From positions 175,770,001 to 175,834,000 of the forward strand of contig OZ024742.1 in assembly GCA_964016885.1 (NCBI GenBank): a DNA stretch of 64,000 nt, given 5' to 3'. Below the pieces are notes generated by a model that did no database searches, had not been told where the DNA came from, and saw only the letters and a program-made list of their open reading frames with translations. The position numbers and the translations under genes were made by a program. Every line of letters starts with the position of its first letter. The first letter of the stretch is position 1. This DNA is from Eledone cirrhosa (lineage: Eukaryota). Positions 12,519 through 24,997 of the stretch are shown piece by piece.

Positions 12519-12669
12519 AATATATAAACAACTATCTGGTTGTGGAACCATCCAACCAACCAGAAATTTATAAATTTATTATAAATTTATTATAATAATA
12601 AATTGAAGTGAAAGCTTATAGTTCGTGTGTTTCTTATTGGCAACATGACCCTCCCAAAGTATAACAATA

Positions 12670-12734
<65 letters not shown>

Positions 12735-12765
12735 ATTGGTTTGTTATATATATATATATATTGAT

Positions 12766-14150
12766 TGAATGGTTCAACGGCACATGCAACAAGGAACATT
12801 GCCGTTTTATCCAATTCGACATCAATAATTACTACTCCTCCATCACATTACCACACTTCCTTAGAGTAATTCATTTTGCTAAAACAATCAGTGGTTAAGG
12901 TTTTCGAAGTTGATATTTTCCTAAATGCCCGTAAGTCGGTGATTAATTTCGACGACTCTATTTCGATTAAAAAATCTAATAGTACCCCATTTGACGTGAG
13001 TATGGGCGTCAACGATTCTGCGGAGGTTACTGACGTTATCGGCCTTTTCCTTCTTTTCTCTATCAAGGAAGAATTCCCCAACGTGGGCGGTGGTTTATAC
13101 CGTGATGATGGTCTTTTGGCCATGACTAAGTGCGGCCCAAGTGCTTGCGACAGGTTGAGAAAAGAACTCACAGTCTTCTTTAAAATCTTCAACCTCTCCA
13201 TACAGGTTGAGGCCAACCTCTCGGTCTTTAATTACCTCGACGTTACCCTCAATTTATCGAAGGGCTTGCATTACCCGTATAGAAAACCCAATGATACGCT
13301 TAATTACATAAGTAAGCATTCTAACCATCCTGCCAGTATAACCAAGAACCTGGTAACAAACGTTTCTTTGAGACTTTCCCGTCTATCTACTAACGATCAT
13401 ATTTTCCACGACCATTCCACATATTACAATGAAGCTCTTACTCTGAGTGGATTTGTCGATAAGGTAGCATATACAGAGTACGAGAATAGACCTAGAAGAA
13501 ATAGATCCCGACGCATTATATGGTATAACCCACCATATAATATGGAGGTGACCACACCATTAGCTAAGATCTTTCTATCCCTTATTATGAAGCATTTTCC
13601 CCCTACACATAGATATAGTAAAAGTCTTAATAGAAATACTATTAAAATGTCTTACTCTACTACTCATAACCTTGCACATAATATCACAGCTTCAAATTTA
13701 GCTAAACTACCTTTGTAGGAACACGTACAACCCTGTAGTTAGTACTAACTGTAATTGTAGGAATCGGGTTGATGCCCCCTATCCGGGAAATGCCTCTCTA
13801 GTAACATTGTCTATAAATGTAAGGTTGAAACACTCACGTCCCGTGGGGCCTACATAGGATTAACCGCCAATAGATTCAAGCAGCGTCTTTACATGCATAC
13901 CCATTCTTTTCGTTACCCTTTAAGAAGGAATATGACGTCACTTTCAGCTTATATATGGAGTCTAAAAGACAACCACACCCAATATAAGTTACACTGGGAC
14001 ATCCTAGCTAGGGCTAGATCGATAGCGGAAATAAAAGACCATGTGACCTCTGCGCCGTTGAGGCCCTGGAAATACTCTACACCAAAGACCACTTCTTAAA
14101 CAAAAAATCTGAGGCAATTTCGTAAACATAAATTGCACAAACTTTCCTGT
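12766..14150 (+). mobile_element. Naiad-type PLE, 5'-truncated, frameshifted RT plus GIY-YIG (main ORF 12876-13718)
   Basis: FIQFDINNYYSSI, FDVSMG, GGGLYRDDGL, IIWYNPPY; CxCx5C linker (CNCRNRVxCPLSGKC) across a frameshift; NIVY..YIGLTANRFKQR; CDLC..LNKKSE. Confidence 0.9.
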
Positions 14151-14572
14151 ATTACAGCCCCACATTATACCCTAACGGATAGTACGAACTATACGTGGAT
14201 ATTTTACGTATTGATGTGGTAGCTAAGTATATCTTATGTTTATACCATTACTTATTTGTATAGTTAAGTGTATATTACCTGTATGTCTTGTGAAGGTACG
14301 TATACTTTCTCGTACGTATATTTGATTGTGTCTGTTATGGCGTATATATTATATATTCTGGTACATATGATTTTTGTTATGTTTATACGTGAGTTTTGCG
14401 TTTGTGGGAGTATGCGGGTTCCTACGTATTTTGGGTGTGTGTATATGTGTACTTTGTGTTTTGGTTGACGTACGTCTCCGAACATATGTGTATTTACATG
14501 TAGGTATGTGTGTGCGCTTGTTATATAGGTATTTATTTATTTATATACGTTATTTAATTATATGTATACACG

Positions 14573-14603
<31 letters not shown>

Positions 14604-14721
14604 TTTTTTTTTTATATATATTTTTATGTGTACTTGGTGTATACATTCGTATGCGTGCGGGTACAGGCGTTGCGTGGGTTCTGTAAGTGCGTGCGGTTTT
14701 TTTTTTGTTTATTTTTTTTAT

Positions 14722-15822
14722 TGAGTACGTGCAGACCTTCTCGTCTGATGGCTCTGCGGGTGGCTGTTGTTGTTTCTTCACTGAAGTGTGGGAGCTTCAG
14801 GAAGCAAGTGTTAGTGCCTCGGGTGTGGTGTCCTCTGTTCTTTCTGGCACGGTTTGTGGTGGATGTCGTGTATCCGTTCAGTTTGAGTACTTCAACTGGC
14901 CCATTCGGGTCCTTCTTTGCGTGGACGGCTAGCTAAGAGACACTCCACCAGACATGACAACTGCTGCAGACTAGCCAACTGCCCCATCAACGACACAGAC
15001 CTATGCCACCAGGCTTACGTAGTTTACAGACTAGAGTGTGACAAATGCAACAACTTCTACGTAGGTAGCACCACCAGACCACTCCACATAAGAATAAAAG
15101 AACACCTCAATACTAACGCTTCCTCATTTAAGAAACACCTAGTTAAATGCAAAAACACTGATAAAAACATAACAGTTAGGATAGAAACTAAAGAAAGAAA
15201 CCTCGGTAATCTTAGAATCAAGGAAGCACTCATTATAGATAGAACACATCCACCAATCAATAATAGACTAGAGCTCAACACCCAATTTATAACCTGATAG
15301 GGCCTCTAGCCCCACTTTACACACCCCACACACACGCACGCACACACCTCCACTTATTCTCTCTCACACATACACACACAAAACCAGTTCTAACACCAGA
15401 TAACACCTACCCCCCACTTTTACGATTAGACCTATCTTCCCACACTCACACACACACATACCTACACCTTCATGCTTTCTCCCACACACATATACAGGCA
15501 CGCATATAAAATTTAAAAAACACAACAAAAACATAAACAAACCCCTCTTAAAGGGAGACTACTCTTTACCCACCTAATTTTAATTCTTTGATATTAAAGT
15601 TAGAACTCTATACTATTTCCGGTCAGCATGGCTTCATTGGAAATTTAAGACGCTGGTCTGAGACTTTTACTTCCCTCCGAAGAAGAGATATTATCTCGAA
15701 AATTAAGGACATTTAAATAAATTCAAGGTGAAAGACGAATTCTCATCAATATCTCTCACTATTGCATTCTTTTTCTATGTCCATATCTGCATTGTCTTGG
15801 CCTTATTACAGATATTCTAACG
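14722..15822 (+). mobile_element. PLE 3' fragment with inverted 5' segment (14722-14932), GIY-YIG coding 14930-15297 and pseudo-LTR
   Basis: Plus strand VVYRLECDKCNNFYVGSTTRPLHIRIKEH; minus strand of 14722-14932 reads LKLNGY..FLKLPHFSEE..AIRREGLHV (upstream thumb/linker). Confidence 0.87.
15674..15708 (+). ncRNA. Variant minimal hammerhead (core CCGAAGA)
   Basis: CCT-CCGAAGA-a GAGAT att ATCTC-GAAA-AT-TA-AGG at the expected pseudo-LTR position. Confidence 0.5.
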
Positions 15823-15824
15823 TT

Positions 15825-15880
<56 letters not shown>

Positions 15881-16043
15881 TACATATATATGTATATACA
15901 TATATACATATATATACATATATATATTTATACATGTATATATATATATAACGGAAGAAATGTGGTAAGGATCCAGGTGGACCATAACGCACCAAAGTAC
16001 TCAATACTTAGGGTAGTAGAGTGGGTAATAGGAACGAGTATGA

Positions 16044-16116
16044 CCCCGACGGCTGAGCTCAAGCCGTTTCGATGGCTAATTCTGGACTCAGAATTAGCTG
16101 AGTCCAGAATTAGCCG

Positions 16117-16118
<2 letters not shown>
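16044..16118 (-). ncRNA. 5'-truncated hammerhead relic (stem II, GAAA, long palindromic stem III, UC)
   Basis: Reverse strand: 21-bp hairpin GACGGCTAATTCTGGACTCAG/CTGAGTCCAGAATTAGCCATC-GAAA-CGGC(T)TGAGCTCAGCCG-TC-GGGG; CUGANGA replaced by (TA)n. Confidence 0.55.
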
Positions 16119-16187
<69 letters not shown>

Positions 16188-16391
16188 TATACAGATTAAA
16201 GTTTAAGCAAAGAATCGCTGCTGCTTTCACCCTTAACAAGGTGAAAATAACAAAGTCAATCTGTAAACGCAGAAGTGAATATTTCGAAAAACGTTGCAAC
16301 CGGAGGAAGACAGGATAACGATACTTTGGTTCGTGGGAACGTTCCCTGGCAAAGAACGGGAAAAAACGAATAAAATACGTCTTTATATATG

Positions 16392-16461
<70 letters not shown>

Positions 16462-16544
16462 AATATATATGTATATACACATATATATGTATATACATAT
16501 ATATGTATATACATATATATGTATATATATATATATATTAGAAA

Positions 16545-16651
16545 GTGAGGTTTTTTTTACAAAATGAAAAATAACCGAGGTGTCCTACACGAGTGAAAGT
16601 ATAAAGAAAAAAAGATGAAATCGAAAATGCAACTGGAGTCTTATTTTTTAA

Positions 16652-16652
<1 letters not shown>
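16545..16652. repeat. Short copy of the pseudo-LTR terminus seen at 41220-41325
   Basis: Shared TGTCCTACACGAGTGAAAGTATAA..GATGAAATCGAAAATGCAACTGGAGTCTT. Confidence 0.8.
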
Positions 16653-16734
<82 letters not shown>

Positions 16735-16959
16735 GGGTTAAAGCACTGTAAGAAAGGATGGAGCGGAGAGATACAAAAAGATGCGATACAGAATACTAGA
16801 TGCCAAAAGCCGAAGCGTAATGAGCTCGATGGTTGGGTTAGCAGGGTTAAATATTAGAGAAGGTTAATATTATATTTAGGGTAAGGATTAATCAGATTGG
16901 AATAAGCAAATGAATGAGTGAATGAAAGATTTACAAACGTTAAAACATATCTTTATATA

Positions 16960-16999
16960 GCTCTTACACGTGTTTCGGCCAGAGCGGCTCATCGGAAGC
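16960..16999 (-). ncRNA. Degenerate minimal hammerhead with palindromic stem III CACGTG in a probable PLE relic (about 16730-17185)
   Basis: Reverse strand: GCTT-CCGATGA-GCC gctct GGC c-GAAA-CACGTG-TA-AGAGC. Confidence 0.6.
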
Positions 17000-17216
17000 A
17001 GATGATCCAATGGCTAGGTCCTTAATTACAAATCCCTGAGAGGGCATTATAATATCACATTGCTATGCATCGTGATTGTAGATGGTAAAGGTATAGCTAC
17101 CGGTGAAAGAGACATAACTCACTAATGGAGGTAATTACCCGGTGTCCGTTGAATGTCACTGTGTTATCTTTTACCAATACCAGCTATGGGAAAAAAATGT
17201 ATATATATATATGTAT

Positions 17217-17293
<77 letters not shown>

Positions 17294-17684
17294 GTATGTA
17301 CACGTTTGAACGCAAGCACGCACGGGGGGAGGGGGAAGTCCACACAGATAAGCGTACGATTAATGCCTCAGAATGCCTCTATACAGGTGTGAGCACATGA
17401 GCATGTGGATGTATATGTATGGGGAGGCTGCCAAACAAACGATTGGCATCCGAAATAATAAAAACTCTACTACACACAGCAGTAATTTTGCTAATGGGAT
17501 TGGTGTCAGTGACAGCTCACGCCTGAATGGAGATGGCCAGTGGGCAGATTTCAGTGGTCAAGAACTATGATGACGTCCCGAACCATCGACCAATCTAAGG
17601 GGTGCGCCAACAGGATGAAGGCAGATGATATAGATTCGAACGGTCGGAGCCCTGCAGAAAGAGAATTTGCTTCGAAATCACCAG

Positions 17685-17777
17685 ATGTATCTGAAGAACT
17701 TGTGAATCCAGAGTCAGGTTCGATCCACAAACAGATCGTACCTCGAACTGTTCACCGGAGAAACAATTGTAATATGT
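17685..17777 (+). ncRNA. Type I hammerhead with long stem II and palindromic stem III CAATTG
   Basis: ATGTAT-CTGAAGA-[GTGAA/TTCAC, GTTCGA/TCGAAC]-GAAA-CAATTG-TA-ATATGT, about 45 nt before a (TA)n tract. Confidence 0.68.
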
Positions 17778-18010
17778 AAGAAATTGTGTTCTGATACATC
17801 ACTGATTCTTTGTTTTCCATGTTATATATATATATATATATATATATAATTCTTTATTAGTAAGTCTTGCTGATCCTATAAGTTCAAAGGTGAAATTCCA
17901 GTGTACCAAGTCTCAACTTGTAGCAACATTAAGATTATTATTAAATTATATTTTGGTATTGAGTACTCATTCTCCCATCTATTAATGTATATATATATAT
18001 ATACTATGTA

Positions 18011-18079
<69 letters not shown>

Positions 18080-20067
18080 ATTTATTTAAAGTGCTATTGG
18101 TCATTCTCTTTAGATGTTAGTTGTTGGTAATAATTGGTTTCTTTAAATTCAATGTATACAAAGTAGTTAACTAATTTATACTGGTGACTGTTTAGGTCAG
18201 TTACACTTGAACAATTACAAATTAACTATTAACATCAATGACCAGCTTACACTATTAACAAGTGACTATTAACGTTATACATTATTAAGCTTATTTACAT
18301 ACACTGTCTTTTGTAGTGTGCAGCTTATATTCTTGCAACATTTTCACCACAAACATAATCAACAATATAAACATCACAGACTCAAAAACAAAGCTGGATG
18401 TATTTCAAATGACATACAGCAATCATCATCATCATTGTTTTTATATCTATTTTTCTCAGCTAGCATGAGTTAGATGGAGTTCTTTAAGGTTGTTCTTTGT
18501 CAAACCACTTAACTGCAGGACATTTTTAAGTTGGACATAAAGAAATGTTACTACTTACTTATATAGTGCCAATAACCAGAGACACACACACAAACATCTA
18601 GTGTCACTATAAAATATACCTAGTACCCTGTGTACCCTCAATAGAATGGACCCAGTGCACTGTAAGTGGTAGGCGTTACAAAGGGCATCACTCATAGAAA
18701 ACATGTCAAAATAAAATCCATGAGCAAGATGTGGTCCTCTGACATTTCCAGTCACAGGCTCTGGCAAACTCTCCAACCCATGCCAGCTATGAACATAAAA
18801 CAGTGAAAATGGTATTTATACATCTATTCACACACACACACACACACACACTTGCACAGGAGGTATCTATATGGTTTCCAATCTACATATTTTACTTACA
18901 TAGCATTGGTCAACATGGTAGAAGACACTTGCTCAAGGTCCACATTGTGTCACCAAACCCATGTGATTGTGAAGCAATTGAAATGATTCATACCATCCAG
19001 TAAGAGAAATAAAATGAATTAGGCTTTTAAGTATTGTCAGAGTTTGTACCTTTCATCTAAGGTATTATAGAGCAGTGTCTATACTACTGAAGCAACATAC
19101 AATCTATAGATACAGATTGGTATTTGCAATCTCATAGCATCAGCCACTAAACTGGTACTGCTGTCTGTAATGCAGAGGAGTGGAAAATAGCTTTTGACAG
19201 CCTGTTTCTTTTTGAGCCAGTTGATATTGAGATCTCCAGTGTTCTCAGAACCCAGACTGCTGATTACCTTCACCGAATTGGGAAGAATAGATCTTGCTTG
19301 AGGAATTACCCCCATCATGTGGAATAGACAATGCAATGAATGTAACTGGCTCTTTTCTGTGGAAATGTTTCAACATTTTTGTCCATGAGACACAACTTAG
19401 ATACACCACCCAGCAGAGAATGTAGAAATTTCCCTCATCACATTTGAAAAATAAATTTTTCCATTTGCCCTTTTTCTTTCTCTCTTGTCTCTCTATTATC
19501 ATTTGAAATAAACAAACCAAATATTTACTCTACAACTTGATAAAATACATTTTATTGTTTACTCTTTAGTCAATATAAACATTAGAATTATTGTTTAGTA
19601 TAAAGTCAATAAAGTCAATTGATTTCTGTTTAATCAATACAAACCTTGTTATTTAACAGCTTAATCAATGGACATATTGTTTTTCACCAAATTCTGCAGT
19701 GTTTTTAATTTTATTTTCGGCAGATTTTTAAGAAATACATCTTCCCTTAGAGATGGGCTCCTCTTTTTCACAAATCTCCATCGGTGCTTTGCTTTTGAGT
19801 TAACAAATTTAAAAGAAAAAGAGCCAATGATGGAACAGCCTTTTTTTTTTTAGAAAAAATATAATTTTTTTTTAAAATATAGATACAGGCATGGCAAACA
19901 AGTGAAGCAGTTTGCTTTACAACCATGTGGTTTCAGAATTACTTTCACTGTGTGGCACCTTAGACAAGTTTTTTACTATTATAACCTTGAGTCTAATACT
20001 ATGTGAGTGAAATTTAAGAAAACTGTAGAAAACTGTTTCATACACAAACACACATATCATCATTCAT

Positions 20068-20225
20068 CATTTCATTTTACGTCCACTTTTCCCTGCTTGC
20101 AAGGGTGGGACGGGAACTGATTCTGGCTTGATTTCTACAGCTGGATGCCCTTCCTAACACCAACCTCATTTACAGTGAGTGTTGGGTGCTTTTTTTTCCG
20201 TGGCACCTCCACGACCACTTTGCAG
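20068..20225 (-). mobile_element. RTE 3'-end fragment
   Basis: CTGGATGCCCTTCCTAACACCAACCTCATTTACAGTGAGTG matches the RTE 3'UTR at 54010-54060. Confidence 0.75.
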
Positions 20226-20249
20226 TGCAATGATAGGGACCCCATCATC

Positions 20250-20390
20250 TCATTTCTACAGCTGAGTAAACTGGAGCAATGTGAAATAAAGTGTCTTGCT
20301 CAAGGAAACAACACATCACCCTGTCTGAGAATTGAACTCACAACCTATCGATTGCAAGGCCAATGCTCTAACCACTAAGCCATGTGCCTC
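20250..20390 (-). mobile_element. tRNA-derived SINE with V-domain-like core
   Basis: Reverse strand: A box TGGCTTAGTGG, B box GAGTTCAATTC, then CCTTGAGCAAGACACTTTATTTCACATTGCTCCAG. Confidence 0.7.
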
Positions 20391-20701
20391 TGTATATATA
20401 TATATTTATATAACCCTTGCTAGCAGGGATAGTGGATGTTAAATGATGATAATGATGATGAGGAAGTACAGTGAAAAAAAATATAGCATGGTGTAGTAGT
20501 TAATTAATAAATTATTTTATGATTGTTTCCAAGGATAAGATTAAACTATATCGATATGTAGACTAATAGATAGCAACTCCAAACTATTATCCCCACAAAG
20601 AATGAAAATATTCATTCTGCTATCTATCCTCAGAAACAACTATTGATTTAAGAAGCATGAGAAATATTTAAAAAGTAGTTGTCTGAATGCAGAAATAACC
20701 A

Positions 20702-20892
20702 TAATAATTGTTTCTACTTTAGGCACAAGGCCAGCAATTACCCAGCGCATTACTGGTACTTTATTCTATCGACCCCGTAAGGATGAAAGGCAAAGTCAAC
20801 CTCGGCGGGATTTGAAATCAGATCGTAAAGGGACGTAACTATGCTGGAAAGCATGGCGTCCGACCTTCTACCGATACTGCCAATCCACCGCC
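20702..20892 (-). mobile_element. tRNA-derived SINE with Meta/MESC-like core and a 17-bp target-site duplication
   Basis: A/B boxes, GCCTTTCATCCTTACGGGGTCGATA core; GAAATAACCATAATAAT at 20692 and 20893. Confidence 0.85.
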
Positions 20893-21184
20893 GAAATAAC
20901 CATAATAATAACTGATTAACAGAGAAAATCAGGTAAATTACCACGATGATGCATTGAGATGCTTACATTTGGAATTAAAAGATTTTCCAATGCTTCTTAA
21001 AACTGGTCGGGCTGTTTAACCAATGAAACAGCCTGGTGATATAGCAAGCATTTTGGCTTGCTTCAAAATATTTTGTTGACCCTTGGGATGTGTGGCTCAT
21101 TGTCTGTTCCACTTGGTGATGAATTGATGGTCGTTTTTGTTTTTCTTTCCCTTTTTCTTTCTCTTGCTCTAGTTGATCATAGCT

Positions 21185-21665
21185 CCACAAAAGCTAGGTT
21201 TACACCATATCTTCTCTATGATGTATTGCATGAGGTTGTCATGTATGGACTTGGATTGATTGCATTTGTTTGCGCTTCCCCTACCAAACTCTCAAAGACT
21301 CTTCACTAACAACTTGGCCAAAATCTGAAACTCTGCATTTAACAGCTATGAGTTTGAAATTGTCTAACATATCCCTCTAGTTCTCGGCTTTCTTTGTCAG
21401 TGTTACTATCTCAGGCTCACAGAATTTGGAATACATCTGTTCTGCTGCCAGATGTAGTAGACCAGTTTCAGAAGATTGGAGTACAAGCCTGGCATTTCTA
21501 TGTAAAATTCATAGGGTAGACCATCAAAACAGGTGACTTGCTCCTTGTGCAACCGACCAGGACATCCCGAATTTCGGCTGATGTTATTGGCCTTTCACAA
21601 CACTCAGAATCGGCTAGCAAGAGATGTGGCAGACCATAGAGGTAGGAACTGAAGTCCACCATCAT
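21185..21665 (-). pseudogene. Degenerate L1/Tx1-clade RT fragment
   Basis: LPHL..CERPITSAEI..KSP, followed across frameshifts by LLNAEFQILAKLL and LVGEAQT..SIHDNL. Confidence 0.7.
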
Positions 21666-22539
21666 CTCCAACACCCCACTCCCCCGAACAACCAAGCAAA
21701 ATGCTTACAAAAGGCCACACACAACTGCTTGGAACCATTCAGAATGCATCTGTCTCAAAGATTGAATCATGATTTTGTTACTATGCTGCACCTTAGCTAC
21801 ATAGAGCCATTGAAAAGCTTTCATTTTGATAATAATATCTGTGAAGGAAATGGAAAAATTATCCAAATATAGAAGGAAACTGAATGTGGATGATGGAAAG
21901 AGAAACAATCCCTCTAATTATAAAAGTGCTCTGAGAATGATTTAAAAAAACAGGCAAATAGATTATGAAACCCCATGACTTACAAATATATACAACATAC
22001 AGAAATAGCACTAGTATGCACTGCACAAATACGATGAATACTCTCAATATAATAGAAATAACAAACAAAATAACACTATGTATACCGTATGTGCAGAATG
22101 TTGTTTTCAATAATGCAGTGGCAGCACATATTGAAAATAAGATTAATAATGATATGTGTTGGGAATTCCATTGCCAGTCTAATTAATCTCAGCATAGAGC
22201 TGCAAGAATAAAAGAGTTATTGCTGAAAAGAGCTTTTATTCAATAGTACTATTAATGATTAGAGAAAATCAGTTGAAATTTGAATGACTCAGCAAGGATG
22301 ATGGATATATTTGTTCCTCCATTAAGGCTGCTCCCAAACAGCAGTAGCATCAACTAATTGTATCATGGAAGCGAGTGGGATAAATGAATCAGAAATAAAT
22401 AAACTAAAGCATGTTCTTCAGAAATATTAATGAAAAAGTTCATAACATTTGTTTTTGGTAGAAGATCTTGGTAGATGTTTACTGAAGTTTTAATCACAAG
22501 AAACATTAACATAAAAACAACTAGATATTTGATTTATGA

Positions 22540-23020
22540 CATTAACACTACAACTTTCTAGACTGTACTAGGTAAAGTTTATAACACCAACACTACCTAC
22601 CCTTTTCAAAACTGTACTGGGTACATTTTATGAGACTAACACTTTCTAGTGTGTATTGGCTAAATTTTATGATACCAAACACTACTATTTTCTAGACTGC
22701 ACTGATTACATTGTATGATACCAACACTACCACATTCTAGAGTGTACTGGGTAAATCTTTGTTACAACAACACTACCTACTACTTTCTATACTGCACTAG
22801 GCACATTTTATCTTGGCATCAGCACTAACACTTCAGATTCTGAGTGAATTTTATTGTGACACTAACACTATCACCTGACAGAATGTACTGAGTGCCTTTT
22901 ATCATGACCACAACAGTAACACTTCACAGAGTGTACTGTGTGCATTTTATCCTGACAGCAACACTAACACTACAGAGTATACTGCATGAATGTTATCATG
23001 TCAGCAGCATTACCACCTAC
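22540..23020. repeat. Degenerate minisatellite with a 40-47-nt unit resembling the RTE 3'UTR repeat
   Basis: About 10 copies of AGA(C/G)TGTACTGGGT..TTTTAT..ACCAACACTAC. Confidence 0.7.
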
Positions 23021-23578
23021 ACACTTGCTGATGTAATGATGTTTCCAATTTGGTATTTCATGAATCGATTTTTTGCCAAACCACTAAGATTCAGAGCTGA
23101 CACAACTGTTAACACACGATATATGCAAGTATATAGATACATATACAATTTCAAAAGATGTCTGAGTAACAATAAACTATCCTTTCACTTCTATCTAATC
23201 TTCCCTTTTTCTCATTTACTCTTGTCTGTCTTTGTTTATCTTCTCTTTCAAACATCTGATGAAGAACTAGCATCTGAAATGTTAAGGCTTTTCCAAATAT
23301 ACCAAGCATTAAATTAATACCATTATTGCATTGTATTGTTCTCCTGTGTGATTTTCCTTGTTGGTTTTTACCACATACATACATGTACACAATGGGCCTT
23401 TGTGGGATCTTTTTATCAAATTTCACTCAGGAATCTTGTCAACTCATGCATATAGTAGAAGCCACTGGGTCAAGATGCCACACCAGAGGACTGATCCCCT
23501 CCTCAATCACATGAATGCAAAGTAATCTCCTTAACGACATAGCAATAGCCTGCACCTATATAAGTAATATTTTCCCTA

Positions 23579-23609
<31 letters not shown>

Positions 23610-23702
23610 TTTTACACAATGGCTGACTGAATAAACACGTTTTTCTGTTCCTTCCACTTCTCACTCTCTATTTTTCTTTTTCATCTTTTATTTCTTGTTT
23701 CA

Positions 23703-23738
23703 TCTTCTGATGAAAGACTAGTGTCTGAAATGTTAAGA
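23703..23738 (+). ncRNA. Old minimal hammerhead relic; related copies at 23256-23286 and about 26845-26880
   Basis: TCTT-CTGATGA-a AGAC tagt GTCT-GAAA-TG-TT-AAGA; shared downstream TATCAA(A/G)CAT(T/A)AAACTAATATATTTCTTCATT. Confidence 0.6.
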
Positions 23739-23825
23739 CTCTTTTGCTATTATATCAAACATTAAACTAATATATTTCTTCATTGTAATGTGGTGTTTAC
23801 TTTATTGTTTCTGTTCACTTTTGGA

Positions 23826-23916
<91 letters not shown>

Positions 23917-24997
23917 TTTATTTTAATATAATTTGCAAGAATTCACTTAATTATGCAAATAAATCTAAAGTAAATGCCCCCCCCCCCCCCCCCCCAGATA
24001 GTTTGTTGCTATTGTAATTGCTGATATATTCAACAGACAAAAACACTTTCTAATAGGCAATGAATGCACAAAATAAAGAAATGTTTCCCCCATTCCACTG
24101 ATGGGTGCACTTGATAAACTTCATTATTACCAATTTTAGCCAAGTTATAGATCTGATAAGCGAATTCCTATTATGGTATATTAAATAAAATGAAACTGAA
24201 TAAAAAAGCAAAAATATTCTGTTGATAGTTAATGTAGGTGTATGGCATTATTATTATGTATATATAAACACACTTCACCAAGAAATACAGATTATCTCTT
24301 TCTTTTATCTCGATTCTCCTGCATTTATTTGCTAAGTGGAATATAATTTGTGAAAAATGGTACAAACTAACTCATTAATATTCCTTTGTCGCTCTTAATA
24401 TGTCTCAAGTAATATAAAAATCAATAAAGAAATCAATTACCAAAATGGGAACAGTGCTATTCTTTTAGATTAATGTACCTAAACACAATCAAATAGAAAT
24501 ATAGCAACATATACACACACAAGTTTTTATTTGTTCTTCATCTAATAAGCTACAGCCAGCATCTCAATGAAAGCATTTGCCCTCCATCCCCTTCCCCCAC
24601 CCCCAAAAGAAAAAGAATGATGCATTTACCTCTATTCTTTTTTGGAGAGTGGGGTGGGGGTTCTCCCATGTCAGATTATTTCTCTCAAGAATCCCCTACA
24701 AATATTTGCTATTACTGATACAAATCTCCCAAGATAACCAATCCTAGAGACAATTCAACTTTCTAATCAATGTGATGGATCTCCAATGGTTAAAAGAAAG
24801 ACTAAATGGCGGAGATCTCACCCTAATGCTGAACAGCATGTAAGAATTGAAAGATGGAATCTCAGATAAAATGTTATTTACGGTGAACAGCACAAGATCT
24901 GGGCGAGAATATTCAAAGGAATTCCATCACATCAATATCATGCAAAAATATAAATCCAAAGCTACATTGTTTATCAATATCATGCAGAAACTTAAAC

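Larger units (their letters stand above)
10995..12671 (+). mobile_element. 5'-truncated Penelope-like element with inverted pseudo-LTRs (11050-11424 and 12310-12671)
   Basis: About 370-bp inverted arms flank a thumb/linker/GIY-YIG coding region; (TA)n on both sides; unpaired tail at 10995-11049. Confidence 0.9.

Noticed and set aside
12766-14150. Selenocysteine recoding as reported for some Naiad elements
   Set aside because: The interruptions are frameshifts and TAG/TAA; I saw no in-frame TGA at Cys positions and no convincing SECIS
19079-19520. Possible host coding exon
   Set aside because: Short open frames on both strands, no recognisable protein and no consistent splice sites
22540-23020. 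CRISPR-like periodic array
   Set aside because: Degenerate tandem units without unique spacers, no cas genes, eukaryotic context
24768-24835. SECIS or C/D snoRNA-like hairpin (GTGATGGATCTCC..GGAGATCTCAC..CTGA)
   Set aside because: No GA quartet partner on the 3' side, imperfect box C and no terminal stem
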